NCBI RefSeq assembly: GCF_043950625.1
Contig: NZ_CP171007.1
Strand: one strand, 5' to 3'
Length of the DNA stretch: 32,000 nt
From: Alkanindiges sp. WGS2144
GTDB taxonomy: Bacteria > Pseudomonadota > Gammaproteobacteria > Pseudomonadales > Moraxellaceae
Both the position numbers and the translations under genes were made by a program. Position 1 is the first letter of the stretch. Each line of letters begins with the position of its first letter. Below are positions 1-9,721 of this stretch, piece by piece. The notes under the pieces are model-generated. The model saw nothing but the letters and a program-made list of their open reading frames with translations, did no database searches and had not been told where the DNA came from.

Positions 1-10
1 TGTATCAAGT

Positions 11-1120
11 ATGGCAAAACGTCCTGCAAAAACTAAAAAATCCCGGAATAAAACAGCGGTGTACGGGCGTAATATGTTGCAGCAACCCGCAACAAAAGGA
101 CTCATTGCCCTGTTGATCGCAGGGCTGATTGTACTCACACTGTTAGTATGGCAGGGCTTATGGCGTGTGTTGCCCATTAAGGGCAATAGCCAGATGCTCA
201 ACATTAAACAGGGACAAACCTACTCGGGACTGATTGCTGAATTAAACCGTAAAGGCCAGCTTCGTCTTCCTGTTATCGTCAAAATTTATCAGCGCCTGTT
301 TATTCATAACACCCTCAAAGCCGGTGTGTATGAAGTCAAAAAAGGCACCACGGTGCAGCAGCTATTGCATATGCTCAGCAGTGGTGAGCTGGCACAAATG
401 AACCGAATTCTGGTGGTGGAGGGGACTACTTTTGCCCAGTTGAAAGCGCGCCTGGATAACGACCCTGATGTGAGCCATACGCTAATTGGCCTTAACAATG
501 AACAATTATTAAAAAGACTTGACATTGATCAGTTGCATCCTGAGGGCTGGTTTGCCCCCAATACCTATTATTTTGCCAAGGGTGAAAGCGATGCTGCGAT
601 TTTAAAGCATTTATACAAAGCGCAAAAAAAGATTATGGATGACGCATGGCAACAGCGTGCGCCTGGTTTGCCTTATAAAAATCCCTATGAAGCCCTGATT
701 ATGGCGTCTATTGTCGAAAAAGAAACCGGTATTGCCAGTGAGCGCAAGCAGGTCGCAGGTGTTTTTGTACGCCGCTTACAGCTGGGCATGCGCTTACAAA
801 CAGACCCAACTGTTATTTATGGTATGGGTGAAAGCTATCAGGGCAATATCCGCCGGCAGGATTTACTTAATCCAACGCCTTACAATACTTATGTCATTAA
901 TGGTTTGCCGCCAACACCGATTGCTTTACCGGGCAAGGCTTCTATTGAGGCGGCATTACATCCAGCGGAAGGCAAAAGCCTATATTTTGTAGCAACCGGA
1001 ACAGGGGGTCATATATTTAGTGATAACCTTGAGCAGCATAACAGGGCAGTGGCCAGTTATCTCAAGGTGCTGCGGCAAAAAAGGCAGGCAGAAGCAGGTA
1101 CTTCAGGAGTAATGCCTTAA
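11..1120 (+). CDS. mltG: Endolytic murein transglycosylase MltG (YceG family)
   Basis: 369-aa ORF with a basic N-terminus and one TM helix (LIALLIAGLIVLTLLVW). YceG/MltG-type conserved stretches LQTDPTVIYG and YNTYVINGLPPTPIALPG are present. The stop overlaps the tmk start (TAATG, 1118-1122), and mltG-tmk is a common pairing. Confidence 0.9.
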   Translation: MAKRPAKTKKSRNKTAVYGRNMLQQPATKGLIALLIAGLIVLTLLVWQGLWRVLPIKGNSQMLNIKQGQTYSGLIAELNRKGQLRLPVIVKIYQRLFIHNTLKAGVYEVKKGTTVQQLLHMLSSGELAQMNRILVVEGTTFAQLKARLDNDPDVSHTLIGLNNEQLLKRLDIDQLHPEGWFAPNTYYFAKGESDAAILKHLYKAQKKIMDDAWQQRAPGLPYKNPYEALIMASIVEKETGIASERKQVAGVFVRRLQLGMRLQTDPTVIYGMGESYQGNIRRQDLLNPTPYNTYVINGLPPTPIALPGKASIEAALHPAEGKSLYFVATGTGGHIFSDNLEQHNRAVASYLKVLRQKRQAEAGTSGVMP

Positions 1121-1725
1121 TGTTTATTAGTTTTGAGGGCACCGAAGGCGTTGGCAAAACCACGCTGATCAATAGTCTGGCTGATTATTTAACTGCACAG
1201 GCTAAAGATATTGTACTGACGCGTGAACCGGGTGGCACTCCGCTGGCTGAGCAAATCCGGCAATTGTTACTGAGCCAGCAGCCAGAGCCGATGAGTGAGG
1301 ATTGTGAGCTTTTACTGATTTTTGCCGCGCGTGCCCAGCATATCCAGCAGGTCATATTGCCAGCGCTAAATCAGGGAAAATGGGTGCTCAGTGATCGTTT
1401 TGTGGATGCCAGTTACGCTTATCAGCACGGCGGGCGTGGCTTATCTATCCAAAAGCTGGATATTCTGGCTGCCCAGTTTGTACCGGTTTTACCAAAGCTG
1501 ACCTTCTGGCTGGATGCGCCTGTTGAAGTTGGAATGAGCCGAGCCAAAAACCGGGGAGCACTGGATCGCTTTGAACAGGAAAAGCTGGAGTTTTTCGAGC
1601 GGGTTCGGGCAGTGTATATAGCGCGTGCCCAGGCAGAACCCGAGCGAATTGTCCGTCTTGATGCGACTCAACCACCTGAAATCATGTTGGCTCAGGCAAT
1701 TAAAGTACTGTCGTTCCTGACTTAG
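1120..1725 (+). CDS. tmk: Thymidylate kinase
   Basis: 201 aa. P-loop ISFEGTEGVGKTT at the N-terminus, REPGGTP, and LSDRFVDASYAYQ motifs typical of dTMP kinase. Translationally coupled to mltG. Confidence 0.95.
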   Translation: MFISFEGTEGVGKTTLINSLADYLTAQAKDIVLTREPGGTPLAEQIRQLLLSQQPEPMSEDCELLLIFAARAQHIQQVILPALNQGKWVLSDRFVDASYAYQHGGRGLSIQKLDILAAQFVPVLPKLTFWLDAPVEVGMSRAKNRGALDRFEQEKLEFFERVRAVYIARAQAEPERIVRLDATQPPEIMLAQAIKVLSFLT

Positions 1726-1916
1726 GGCGTGCTGACCATTACTCACCCAGCAGAATTCGGAAGATACTTATTAAGCTTTTGCATCAAAAATGGCTAAATT
1801 TACTTATTCTACGTTGATCAGCTTGTGAAGATGTTCAATATTCCCTTCGCTGATCGCCTTGACTAAGCTGCATTTATCTCATTTTTGATCGCAAAGACCA
1901 ATGGTCAACACGCCCT
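1724..1916. repeat. Imperfect inverted repeat pair bracketing the tmk/nadB convergent spacer
   Basis: The left arm, 1725-1740 GGGCGTGCTGACCATT, begins on the last base of the tmk stop codon. The right arm, 1900-1915 AATGGTCAACACGCCC, is its reverse complement with one mismatch. Positions 1724/1916 also pair. About 160 nt lie between the arms. Confidence 0.6.
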
Positions 1917-1939
1917 GGGCAGATAAAAAGCTTATATAT

Positions 1940-3595
1940 TTACGTGGTTACCTGTGGGGAGCATGCCTTAAAGTCAGGTGGAACCAGCACGCTATCACGA
2001 ATTTCATCCGATATTTGTGGATAGTCCAGCGTGTAGTGTAAGCCACGTGACTCATGGCGTTGCAGGGCACAGCGCACAATCATTTCTGATACCAGAACCA
2101 GGTTACGCAGCTCAATCAGGTTTTTGGTAACCACATAGCCCTGATAGTATTCTTCGATTTCACGTTTAAGCAACTCAATACGATTTAAGGCGCGTTGCAA
2201 GCGTTTGGTGGTGCGTACAATACCCACATAGTTCCACATAAAACTGCGTAGCTCATCCCAGTTTTGCAAAATCACCACATCCTCATCCGGGTGCTGCACA
2301 CGGGACGCATCCCAGGTTGGTGCAGAGCGCTGAGTGTCAATATGCGGATGCAGGCTAGCAATATGTTTTGCTGCACTCATCCCATAAACAAAGCATTCCA
2401 GCAGGGAATTACTGGCCATACGGTTAGCGCCATGCAGGCCGGTAAACGATGTTTCACCAATAGCATATAAACCTGCAATATCGGTCTGGCTATGGCTGTC
2501 GACCATCACACCACCGCAGGTATAATGTGCGGCTGGCACCACGGGAATCATGTCTTTGGTAATATCAATGCCCAGTTCCAGCAGGCGTTCATACAAGGTA
2601 GGGAAGTGCGATTTTACAAACTCTTCCGGCTGATGGCTGATGTCCAGCCACACATGGCGAATACCCAGCCGTTTCATTTCATAGTCAATAGCACGCGCCA
2701 CAATATCACGCGGAGCAAGTTCAGCACTTTCATGAAAACGCTGCATAAAACGCTCACCATCGGGTAAGCGCAAATAAGCACCCTCACCGCGCATAGCTTC
2801 AGTAATTAAGAACGAACGCGCCTGTGGATGGTATAAACAGGTCGGGTGAAACTGGTTAAATTCCAGATTGGCCACTCGGCAGCCCGCTCGCCAGGCCATG
2901 GCAATCCCATCACCCGTAGCAATGTCGGGGTTGGAAGTATATAAATAGGCCTTGCTGGCACCACCGCAAGCCAAGGCAACAAAGGGCGCGATAAAGGTTT
3001 CCACCTCAGCAGAGCTAATATTTAAGGCATACAAACCGGCCACTCGCTTTTGACCTTCCAGACCTAGTCGGTCACTGGTAATTAGGTCTATCGCTGCATA
3101 ATTTTCCAGTAGAGTAATGTGCTTGCATTCGCGCACCCGCTTGACCAAAGTGGTGGAAATAGCCACACCAGTTGCATCAGCTGCATGAATAATACGACGC
3201 TGCGAGTGCCCACCTTCCCGGGTGAGGTGTAATTGCTCTGCTTCATCAAGTGTGAAGCGAACCCCCTGTTTTAATAAAAAATCAACAGCATCGCGGCCAT
3301 GCTCTACGGTAAATGCGACTGCATCACGGTGGCATAAATAAGCACCAGCAATTAAAGTGTCTTCAATATGCTGCTCTACCGAGTCAGTTTCATCCAGTAC
3401 CGCAGCAACGCCTCCTTGTGCATAGTATGTGCTGGCTTCTGTTAATACAGATTTTGCTAGTACTGCTACCTTAAGGTGCTCTGGTAGAGATAAAGCCAGC
3501 GTTAAACCGGCGGCGCCACTGCCTACAATAACCACATCATATTGGTGGGGAATAGACTGTAATTGATCGGGCATTGAAAGAGCCTGAAATATCAT
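1940..3595 (-). CDS. nadB: L-aspartate oxidase
   Basis: 551 aa. FAD-binding fold [12 protein letters not shown], plus HYTCGGV and [12 protein letters not shown] motifs of the succinate dehydrogenase/fumarate reductase flavoprotein family, with NadB-like length. An alternative start at Met8 (3574) is possible. Confidence 0.95.
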   Translation of the reverse strand: MIFQALSMPDQLQSIPHQYDVVIVGSGAAGLTLALSLPEHLKVAVLAKSVLTEASTYYAQGGVAAVLDETDSVEQHIEDTLIAGAYLCHRDAVAFTVEHGRDAVDFLLKQGVRFTLDEAEQLHLTREGGHSQRRIIHAADATGVAISTTLVKRVRECKHITLLENYAAIDLITSDRLGLEGQKRVAGLYALNISSAEVETFIAPFVALACGGASKAYLYTSNPDIATGDGIAMAWRAGCRVANLEFNQFHPTCLYHPQARSFLITEAMRGEGAYLRLPDGERFMQRFHESAELAPRDIVARAIDYEMKRLGIRHVWLDISHQPEEFVKSHFPTLYERLLELGIDITKDMIPVVPAAHYTCGGVMVDSHSQTDIAGLYAIGETSFTGLHGANRMASNSLLECFVYGMSAAKHIASLHPHIDTQRSAPTWDASRVQHPDEDVVILQNWDELRSFMWNYVGIVRTTKRLQRALNRIELLKREIEEYYQGYVVTKNLIELRNLVLVSEMIVRCALQRHESRGLHYTLDYPQISDEIRDSVLVPPDFKACSPQVTT

Positions 3596-3829
3596 AAAAA
3601 ACTAGTGATGAATAACACGCCAAAATAAGATAAAACGCAAGTTTTTTAAAGAAATAATAGCTATCAGTAAATTAAATACGCTTTTTTTATCTTTCATATT
3701 TTCTACACAATAGCTTGGAAATCCTATGTTTATGCGTAATTGCAACGTTTCCTAACAGAAAGCGGTTAAAAACTCTGTTAAAAGAATGATCTGTTTTTCT
3801 GATCCAAAATGCTCAGCAGGAATTAAAAA

Positions 3830-5215
3830 ATGAGTATGAACTATATCCAAAAGGGTTTTTTTGCAATCGCTGCTTCAACCGCTATCTTTCAGCCTGCCAT
3901 GGCGGCTACACCGGTAGATTTTTCATCGCTGGTTCAAGCTGTTAGCCCTGCGGTAGTTCGGGTCAATGTTTCCAAAAAATTAAGCCAGGAAGAATTACTA
4001 CAACAGCAAATGCCTGAGCTGTTGCGTCGTTTCTTTGGCAATAATATCCAGATACCCAATCAGCGCTTGCCGCAAGAGCAAAATTCTTATGGCAGTGCTT
4101 TTTTTATTAGTCAGGACGGCTATCTACTCACCAATCATCATGTGGTTAGTGATGCCAGCAAAGTCACCATTACCTTAAATGATCGCCGGGAACTGGATGC
4201 TACCGTGGTAGGTAGTGATGCACGTACTGATGTGGCTGTACTTAAGGTGAGTGGTGACCATTTCCCAGCCTTAAAAACTGGTGACGCCGATAAACTAAAA
4301 GTGGGTGAGCCAGTGCTGGCTATTGGTTCGCCATTTGGTTTTGATTATTCTGCCTCAGCAGGTATTGTCAGTGCCAAATCACGTACTATGTCGCGTGAAA
4401 CCGCAGTGCCTTTTATCCAGACTGATGTGGCGCTAAATCCGGGTAATTCTGGCGGCCCCTTATTTAACCAGCAAGGCGAAGTGGTGGGAATTAACTCACG
4501 TATTTTTAGTGGAACTGGCGGCTATATGGGGTTGTCGTTTTCCATTCCTGTTGATGTAGCCATGGACGTTGCTGATCAAATTATTAAAACTGGCAAGGTA
4601 TCACGTGCTTATCTGGGCGTGATGTTGCAGGACATTGACCGCAACCTGGCCGAAGCCTATAACCTGTCACGCCCGGAAGGAGCACTGGTCACCCAGGTTT
4701 CTCCTGATACTCCGGCTAGTCGTGCTGGCTTGAAAGATGGTGATATTATTTTAAGTTATAATGGTGTCACTATTAACCGTACCACTGATCTGATTAATCT
4801 GATCAACCGTGCCCGACCTGATCAGCCAGCCAGTATGGTAGTGCAGCGCAATAATAAGCAGATTAGTTTGAAGGCTACGTTAACTAGCGCACCTGATGAC
4901 ACACCGCCGGCCGAAAGCATGAAAACCAATCAGGGCAGGGGACCATCACTAGGTATGCAGTTACGGGAGTTAACGCCAGCAGAAAGCCAAAGTTTAAAAG
5001 TCAAAGGAGTGGTAGTCACTGACATATTGCCAGGCGGCCTTGCAGCAAGGGCTGGCCTGTTACCCGGCGATGTGATTACCCGTCTAAATAATACCGATAC
5101 ACCAACAATTGGTGCGCTATTGAATGTGATCCGTGGTCTGCCATCAAAACAGGTTGCTCGGGTCGCTATCCAGCGTGATGGCGTGCCAGCTATTGTTGGA
5201 ATGCGGATAGAGTAG
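3830..5215 (+). CDS. mucD: Periplasmic serine endoprotease, Do/HtrA family (DegP/DegQ/MucD-like), two PDZ domains
   Basis: 461 aa with a signal peptide (…FQPAMA/ATP). HtrA triad contexts are TNHHVV (His), DVAVLKV (Asp) and GNSGGPL (Ser). Two PDZ-like repeats follow (…RAGLKDGDIILSYNG… and …RAGLLPGDVITRLNN…). AGGA lies 8 nt upstream of the ATG. The symbol is chosen from synteny with nadB and lepA as in Pseudomonas; degP/degQ would be equally defensible. Confidence 0.85.
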   Translation: MSMNYIQKGFFAIAASTAIFQPAMAATPVDFSSLVQAVSPAVVRVNVSKKLSQEELLQQQMPELLRRFFGNNIQIPNQRLPQEQNSYGSAFFISQDGYLLTNHHVVSDASKVTITLNDRRELDATVVGSDARTDVAVLKVSGDHFPALKTGDADKLKVGEPVLAIGSPFGFDYSASAGIVSAKSRTMSRETAVPFIQTDVALNPGNSGGPLFNQQGEVVGINSRIFSGTGGYMGLSFSIPVDVAMDVADQIIKTGKVSRAYLGVMLQDIDRNLAEAYNLSRPEGALVTQVSPDTPASRAGLKDGDIILSYNGVTINRTTDLINLINRARPDQPASMVVQRNNKQISLKATLTSAPDDTPPAESMKTNQGRGPSLGMQLRELTPAESQSLKVKGVVVTDILPGGLAARAGLLPGDVITRLNNTDTPTIGALLNVIRGLPSKQVARVAIQRDGVPAIVGMRIE

Positions 5216-5223
5216 GTTTTCGT

Positions 5224-5257
5224 GTATAAAAGAAGGGAAATACCCCTTCTTTTATAC
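5224..5257 (+). terminator. Stem-loop terminator candidate after the protease gene
   Basis: Perfect 14-bp stem, GTATAAAAGAAGGG (5224-5237) with CCCTTCTTTTATAC (5244-5257), and a 6-nt loop AAATAC. It starts 9 nt after the stop codon. The T-run is inside the 3' arm rather than after it, so intrinsic termination efficiency is uncertain. Confidence 0.6.
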
Positions 5258-5304
5258 AAAATGTTAATAAAAGTTAAAGCAGTGTATGCAACAATAGCGC
5301 CATT
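5250..5304 (+). repeat. Left copy of colinear sequence blocks shared with the lepA upstream region
   Basis: TTTTATAC (5250-5257), AAAATG (5258-5263) and GCGCCATT (5297-5304) recur in the same order at 23281-23314. Confidence 0.35.
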
Positions 5305-5331
5305 CTAAATTAGCCTCTAATTTATGCTGTC

Positions 5332-6144
5332 ATGAATGAAACCAGCACACGTCCTTATCGTCTAAAGCCGCGCAGTGGTCTGGCCGTGCAATATGCGGCG
5401 ATCCGTGCATTATTCTTGCGTGAATTGCAAACACGTTTTGGGCATTATCGTTTGGGCTATTTATGGGCTATTTTAGAGCCAGGCCTGCAAGTCGTTTTCT
5501 TTTTAATTATTTTTGGTGCCGTAATGAAACGGGTAATTCCAGGTATGGATTATTCGCTGTTTTTGATCAACGGTATGTTACCTTTTTTTATGTTTATGCG
5601 TTCAGCTACCCGTGCCTTAAGTGTAGTAGAGTCTAATCGGGGCTTGTTTAGCTATCGCTCAGTCAAACCGATTGACGCCTTAATTGCCAGAACTGCGCTT
5701 GAAGCTGCTCTGTATTTTGGAGTGTACCTGTTATTCTCAGGTATTTTATTATGGTTAGGTAAGGACATCAGCTTTTCAAATCTTCCCTTTTTATTGCTAT
5801 GCTGGCTACTGCTATTCATTTTTTCCATTGGTTTTAGCCTCATCATGATGGTCATTGGTGATCTCTCTGAAGAAATAGGGAAATTTATTGGCGCTATCTT
5901 TTTTGTCTTCTATTTAATGTCCGGTATTATTTATTCTGTCCATATTATACCAGTAGAGTATCAGGGCTATATTTTATGGAATCCAATTGTCCACTGCATT
6001 GAATCTATGCGCCATGCAGTAGCGCCAGGTTATCCTGTAAATCATGTCAGTATGATTTACTTTTTTGAATGCTTAATCGGTATTTTATTCTTTGGTTTGC
6101 TATTGTATCGGGGTTTTGAAAAACGGATGCTGAAAACTAAATGA
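5332..6144 (+). CDS. kpsM: Capsule polysaccharide ABC exporter, permease (ABC-2 type, KpsM)
   Basis: 270 aa, about six hydrophobic helices, with an ABC-2 style N-terminus (…ALFLRELQTRFGHYRLGYLWAILEP…). The stop overlaps the start of the ATPase gene (ATGA, 6141-6144). Confidence 0.9.
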   Translation: MNETSTRPYRLKPRSGLAVQYAAIRALFLRELQTRFGHYRLGYLWAILEPGLQVVFFLIIFGAVMKRVIPGMDYSLFLINGMLPFFMFMRSATRALSVVESNRGLFSYRSVKPIDALIARTALEAALYFGVYLLFSGILLWLGKDISFSNLPFLLLCWLLLFIFSIGFSLIMMVIGDLSEEIGKFIGAIFFVFYLMSGIIYSVHIIPVEYQGYILWNPIVHCIESMRHAVAPGYPVNHVSMIYFFECLIGILFFGLLLYRGFEKRMLKTK

Positions 6145-6809
6145 TTAAGCTGGAAAACCTGACAAAATCGTTTATTACCCCTAAGGGGCGTCATTACGTA
6201 TTCAAAAATTTAAATGCTTTGCTACCAGAAAATAAAAGTGTTGCGCTCATAGGTAAAAATGGTGCCGGTAAAAGTACGCTGCTGCGTATTATTGGCGGAA
6301 TTGACTATGCAGATTCAGGACGGGTAATTACCAATAAGACGATATCCTGGCCAGTAGCGTTAGCAGGTGGTTTTCAGGGGAGCTTGACCGGTAGGCAGAA
6401 TGTAAGGTTTGTTTCCCGTCTGTATGTTCCTGAAGATATAGTGCCTGAAAAAGTCGCTTTCGTGGAGGAGTTTGCCGAGCTTGGCAAATACTTTGATATG
6501 CCTATTAAAAGCTATTCTTCAGGAATGCGATCACGCCTTGGTTTTGGATTAAGTATGGCATTTGAGTTTGACTATTATTTGCTGGATGAGGTGGGTGCAG
6601 TTGGTGACGCAAGCTTTAGAAGCAAAAGTCAAAAGCTGCTGGATGATTTAAAAGCCAATTCCAATATTATTATGGTTTCCCATGATGTTAAAGATTTAAC
6701 CCGTAATTGTGATGTTGCTTTTGTGGTTATGCATGGAGAAGCACAATATTATGATAACGTGGAACAAGCCATAGAGGTTTACAAGCAACATGCTCTCACT
6801 CAGAAATAG
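6141..6809 (+). CDS. kpsT: Capsule polysaccharide ABC exporter, ATP-binding protein (KpsT)
   Basis: 222 aa. Walker A GKNGAGKST, signature-like YSSGMRSRLGF and Walker B YYLLDEV. Size and context are typical of KpsT/CtrD/BexA. Confidence 0.92.
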   Translation: MIKLENLTKSFITPKGRHYVFKNLNALLPENKSVALIGKNGAGKSTLLRIIGGIDYADSGRVITNKTISWPVALAGGFQGSLTGRQNVRFVSRLYVPEDIVPEKVAFVEEFAELGKYFDMPIKSYSSGMRSRLGFGLSMAFEFDYYLLDEVGAVGDASFRSKSQKLLDDLKANSNIIMVSHDVKDLTRNCDVAFVVMHGEAQYYDNVEQAIEVYKQHALTQK

Positions 6810-7893
6810 GCGCACTGCCTTAATTTATGGCCTAGTGGTTGTCATACCGCTTATCGTTATAGCGATTTATCTATATATAATTGCTCAAGACCGCTATGTA
6901 TCTTCTTCTACGATAGTAGTCAAGCAGGTCGGTCAGGTAGGGGTAGAGCAGGCCAACGGCCTGGGAGCCTTACTTGGTGTCAATAATACCAGTGGTGAGG
7001 ATGCCCAGTTCTTAAAGGCTTATATGCAATCGCCTGACGTCGTCTATGCACTGGATAATAAATTAAATCTGCGCCAGGCTTTTGCTGGCAATGGTGCTGA
7101 TCCTGTCTTTCAGCTTGATAAAAATGCTTCCAAAGAAGAACTGGTTGCACACTTTAACAAGCGGGTACGTATCGCACTTGATGAAAAAACCATGATGATT
7201 TCAGTCACTACTCAAGGGTTTAGCCCCAAGTTTGCACTAGCCTTTAACCAGGCAGTACTGACCGAAAGTGAGCGATTTATTAATGAGGTCTCGCAGCGCG
7301 TAGCCAGAGATCAATTGGGTTTTGCTCAAAAACAGTTAAATGAAGCCACCCAGCAGTTATCGACAGCACGTGAAGATTTGATCAATTATCAGAATCGTAA
7401 TCAAATGTTTGACCCTCAGTCTCAAGCAGTTGCAGTTGCCCAGCTGGTTACGGGTTTGGAAGCCAACCTGGCGCAGCTAAGAACTGAGGAGCGTACTTTG
7501 TTAAGCTATTTAAATGCAGAAGCGCCGCAGGTGGTTGCACTGCGTAGCCAGATTTCTGCTTTACAACAGCAGATTAGAGATGAAAAATCCAGACTGACTT
7601 CCTCAACTGCTACCAGTAAACTAAACCGTCGGGCAGCAGATTTTGAAGCGCTGAAAGCGCAAGTTGAGTTTAGTACTGATCTGTATAAAATTTCTCTTGC
7701 TTCACTAGAAAAGGCACGTCTAGAAGCGGTGCGTAAACTAAAAACAGTCGTGGTTATTACCACACCTCAATTAGCTCAGGACGCTTATTATCCACGCCGT
7801 GGCTATATTCTGCTTTCTGCTTTTTTAATATTGACTGTATTGTTTGGTATTGGGCAGCTTATTGCCTCAGTCATTCGTGAGCATCAGGAGTAA
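6790..7893 (+). CDS. kpsE: Capsule export inner-membrane adaptor (PCP-3, KpsE)
   Basis: 367 aa. N-terminal TM (LIYGLVVVIPLIVIAIYLYII), a long periplasmic coiled-coil-rich region and a C-terminal TM (YILLSAFLILTVLFGIGQL), matching KpsE/CtrB topology. It overlaps kpsT by 20 nt. Confidence 0.85.
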   Translation: MLSLRNRRTALIYGLVVVIPLIVIAIYLYIIAQDRYVSSSTIVVKQVGQVGVEQANGLGALLGVNNTSGEDAQFLKAYMQSPDVVYALDNKLNLRQAFAGNGADPVFQLDKNASKEELVAHFNKRVRIALDEKTMMISVTTQGFSPKFALAFNQAVLTESERFINEVSQRVARDQLGFAQKQLNEATQQLSTAREDLINYQNRNQMFDPQSQAVAVAQLVTGLEANLAQLRTEERTLLSYLNAEAPQVVALRSQISALQQQIRDEKSRLTSSTATSKLNRRAADFEALKAQVEFSTDLYKISLASLEKARLEAVRKLKTVVVITTPQLAQDAYYPRRGYILLSAFLILTVLFGIGQLIASVIREHQE

Positions 7894-7899
7894 CACAAT

Positions 7900-9609
7900 A
7901 TGAAAAAGACGGCTCTATTTTTGATGATCTCCTGTATCTGTCCTGCCAGTTTTGCAGCATCCCACAACTACTTACCCGATGAGTTAGGGCTTTCCAGTAC
8001 TGCTTCGAGCACTGCCGGTTTAATGGGTGCAAACGATGGTAGTGCCCAGCAAACTGAGGCTATGGCAATGCTGCCAAGCAGTTCGGTAATTAATCTCGGC
8101 AATAGTTCAGTACCTAACAATCCGACCAATAGCCGCATGTTCGGCGCCCAGCTTTTTAAGGGCGCATTTGCCAGTAGTGCAGGAAGTACCTTTAACTCGA
8201 GTTATATCATTAATCCAGGCGATAATATCAACTTGAGATTATGGGGCGCTTATCAGTTTGCTGGCTCTTTAACCGTAGATCCGCAAGGTAATATCTTCAT
8301 TCCTAATGTTGGACCTTTGAAAGTAGCGGGTGTCAATAACGGTCAACTGCAGAATGTCGTTCAACAGGCAGTGCGTCGGGTTTATGTATCGAATGTTGGG
8401 GTGTATGCTGCTTTAGAGCAAGCCCAGCCAGTTAAAGTGCTAGTCACTGGTTCAGTGGTGCAGCCAGGTTCGTATGGCGGTGTATCTTCGGATTCAGTGC
8501 TGGCTTATCTAGATCGTGCAGGAGGCGTTGATCCTGAACGTGGCAGTTATGTCGATATCCAGATATTAAGAAATGGTAAGCATATTCAGTATGTGAATTT
8601 ATATGATTTCCTGCTTGCAGGGCGGATCACGCCGTTCGCTTTTAAAGACGGCGATGTGATTGTTGTTGCACCACGCAAGCATACCTTCTCTATTGGTGGC
8701 GAAGTCTACAATGCTTATGATTTTGAATTTGACGTACCCGAGCTAAGCCTTGCCAAAGCGCTATCTGTTGCTAGGCTTAAGCCAGGTGCGACCAATGTCA
8801 GCATTATGCGCAGGCAAGGAACCAAATACACCAGTGAATACTATCCCATTGCTCAAGCTCAAAATATTCTTTTGCAGGATGGGGACGTGGTTACCGTCAC
8901 CGCTGACCGTTATGCTGGCACAATTCAGGTGCGGGTAGAAGGAGCACACAATGGGGCTCATGCTATTGTGCTGCCCTATGGCGCTACCTTGCAGCAGGTA
9001 TTACAGCAAATTCAGCCAAATAGCTTGTCACGATTAGATGCAATTCAGCTGTTTAGACCCTCTGTTGCCGAACGTCAAAAAGAAATGCTGAATGTTTCCC
9101 TGGATAAGCTAGAAGAATCTACGCTTTCAGTACGTTCAGCAACACGCGAAGAAGCCGAGTTACGCTTAAAGGATGCAGAACTAATTAAGCAGTTTGTAGC
9201 TAAGGCAAGACAGGTGCAGCCTAAAGGACAAGTGATACTAAATGAAAACAATCTAGGCAGCATGATCCTGGAACAAGGTGATATTATTCGCGTTCCTGAA
9301 AAAACGACTGTTACACTGGTGCATGGCGAGGTGATGTTTCCTAATGCCGTGGCGTGGTCACCTAAGTTAAAGGCTAAAAATTACATTGAGCAGGTAGGAG
9401 GCTATACCCAAAAGTCTAATAAATCCAAGATCATTGTAATTCATCAAAATGGTGAGTCGGAGCTTGTTAGTGCTAATTATGCAGTAAAGCAGGGCGATGA
9501 GATAATGGTTCTGCCGAAAGTGTCTACTAAAAATGTAGAAATTGGTAGGGGTTTAACCCAGATTTTATATCAGCTAGCGATTGCTGCGAAAGTGGTACTG
9601 GATTTGTAG
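7900..9609 (+). CDS. kpsD: Capsule export outer-membrane/periplasmic OPX protein (KpsD)
   Basis: 569 aa with a signal peptide. A Poly_export-like segment (YIINPGDNINLRLWG…GNIFIPNVGPLKVAG) is followed by repeated SLBB-like GD-x-I/V units (KDGDVIVVAP, QDGDVVTV, EQGDIIRVPE, KQGDEIMVLP). GGAG lies upstream of the ATG. Confidence 0.88.
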   Translation: MKKTALFLMISCICPASFAASHNYLPDELGLSSTASSTAGLMGANDGSAQQTEAMAMLPSSSVINLGNSSVPNNPTNSRMFGAQLFKGAFASSAGSTFNSSYIINPGDNINLRLWGAYQFAGSLTVDPQGNIFIPNVGPLKVAGVNNGQLQNVVQQAVRRVYVSNVGVYAALEQAQPVKVLVTGSVVQPGSYGGVSSDSVLAYLDRAGGVDPERGSYVDIQILRNGKHIQYVNLYDFLLAGRITPFAFKDGDVIVVAPRKHTFSIGGEVYNAYDFEFDVPELSLAKALSVARLKPGATNVSIMRRQGTKYTSEYYPIAQAQNILLQDGDVVTVTADRYAGTIQVRVEGAHNGAHAIVLPYGATLQQVLQQIQPNSLSRLDAIQLFRPSVAERQKEMLNVSLDKLEESTLSVRSATREEAELRLKDAELIKQFVAKARQVQPKGQVILNENNLGSMILEQGDIIRVPEKTTVTLVHGEVMFPNAVAWSPKLKAKNYIEQVGGYTQKSNKSKIIVIHQNGESELVSANYAVKQGDEIMVLPKVSTKNVEIGRGLTQILYQLAIAAKVVLDL

Positions 9610-9620
9610 TTAATTCTTTA

Positions 9621-9672
9621 TTGATTAAAATGATATGAAACGGTATGAATATCCTACTTTCTTATATATAAT
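9621..9672 (+). promoter_or_regulatory. Candidate sigma70-type promoter(s) for the biosynthetic genes
   Basis: These lie in the 112-bp AT-rich kpsD-wecB spacer. One candidate is TTGATT (9621-9626), 17 nt, TATGAA (9644-9649). The other is ATGAAT (9645-9650), 16 nt, perfect TATAAT (9667-9672). This is pattern matching only. Confidence 0.3.
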
Positions 9673-9721
9673 ATCGCACTTTTCGGCTGTCTAATTCAAA
9701 CAAGATATATAGGAGAAAATT

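Noticed and set aside
1790-1828. 12-codon ORF (MAKFTYSTLISL) inside the tmk/nadB spacer.
   Set aside because: Too short, no RBS, no recognisable peptide family. It is reported only as content of the inverted-repeat-bounded spacer.
3596-3829. Searched the nadB-protease spacer for a sigma-E/AlgU-type promoter (GAACTT-N16/17-TCTGA) and for small ORFs.
   Set aside because: The only near match is a loose AAACTC … TCTGA pair with a 22-nt spacer, which is too long. The best small ORF is 9 codons with no RBS.
4930-5259. 109-aa minus-strand ORF spanning the protease 3' end and the terminator hairpin.
   Set aside because: It is antisense to the second PDZ domain of a well-supported gene, and its start would lie inside the terminator stem. 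No supporting features.
7900-7965. Possible lipobox (FLMISC) in the KpsD signal peptide, which would make it a Wza-like lipoprotein.
   Set aside because: The residues preceding the Cys do not fit the L-[AS]-[GA]-C consensus well. An ordinary signal peptidase I site (SFA/AS) follows. This cannot be decided from sequence alone.
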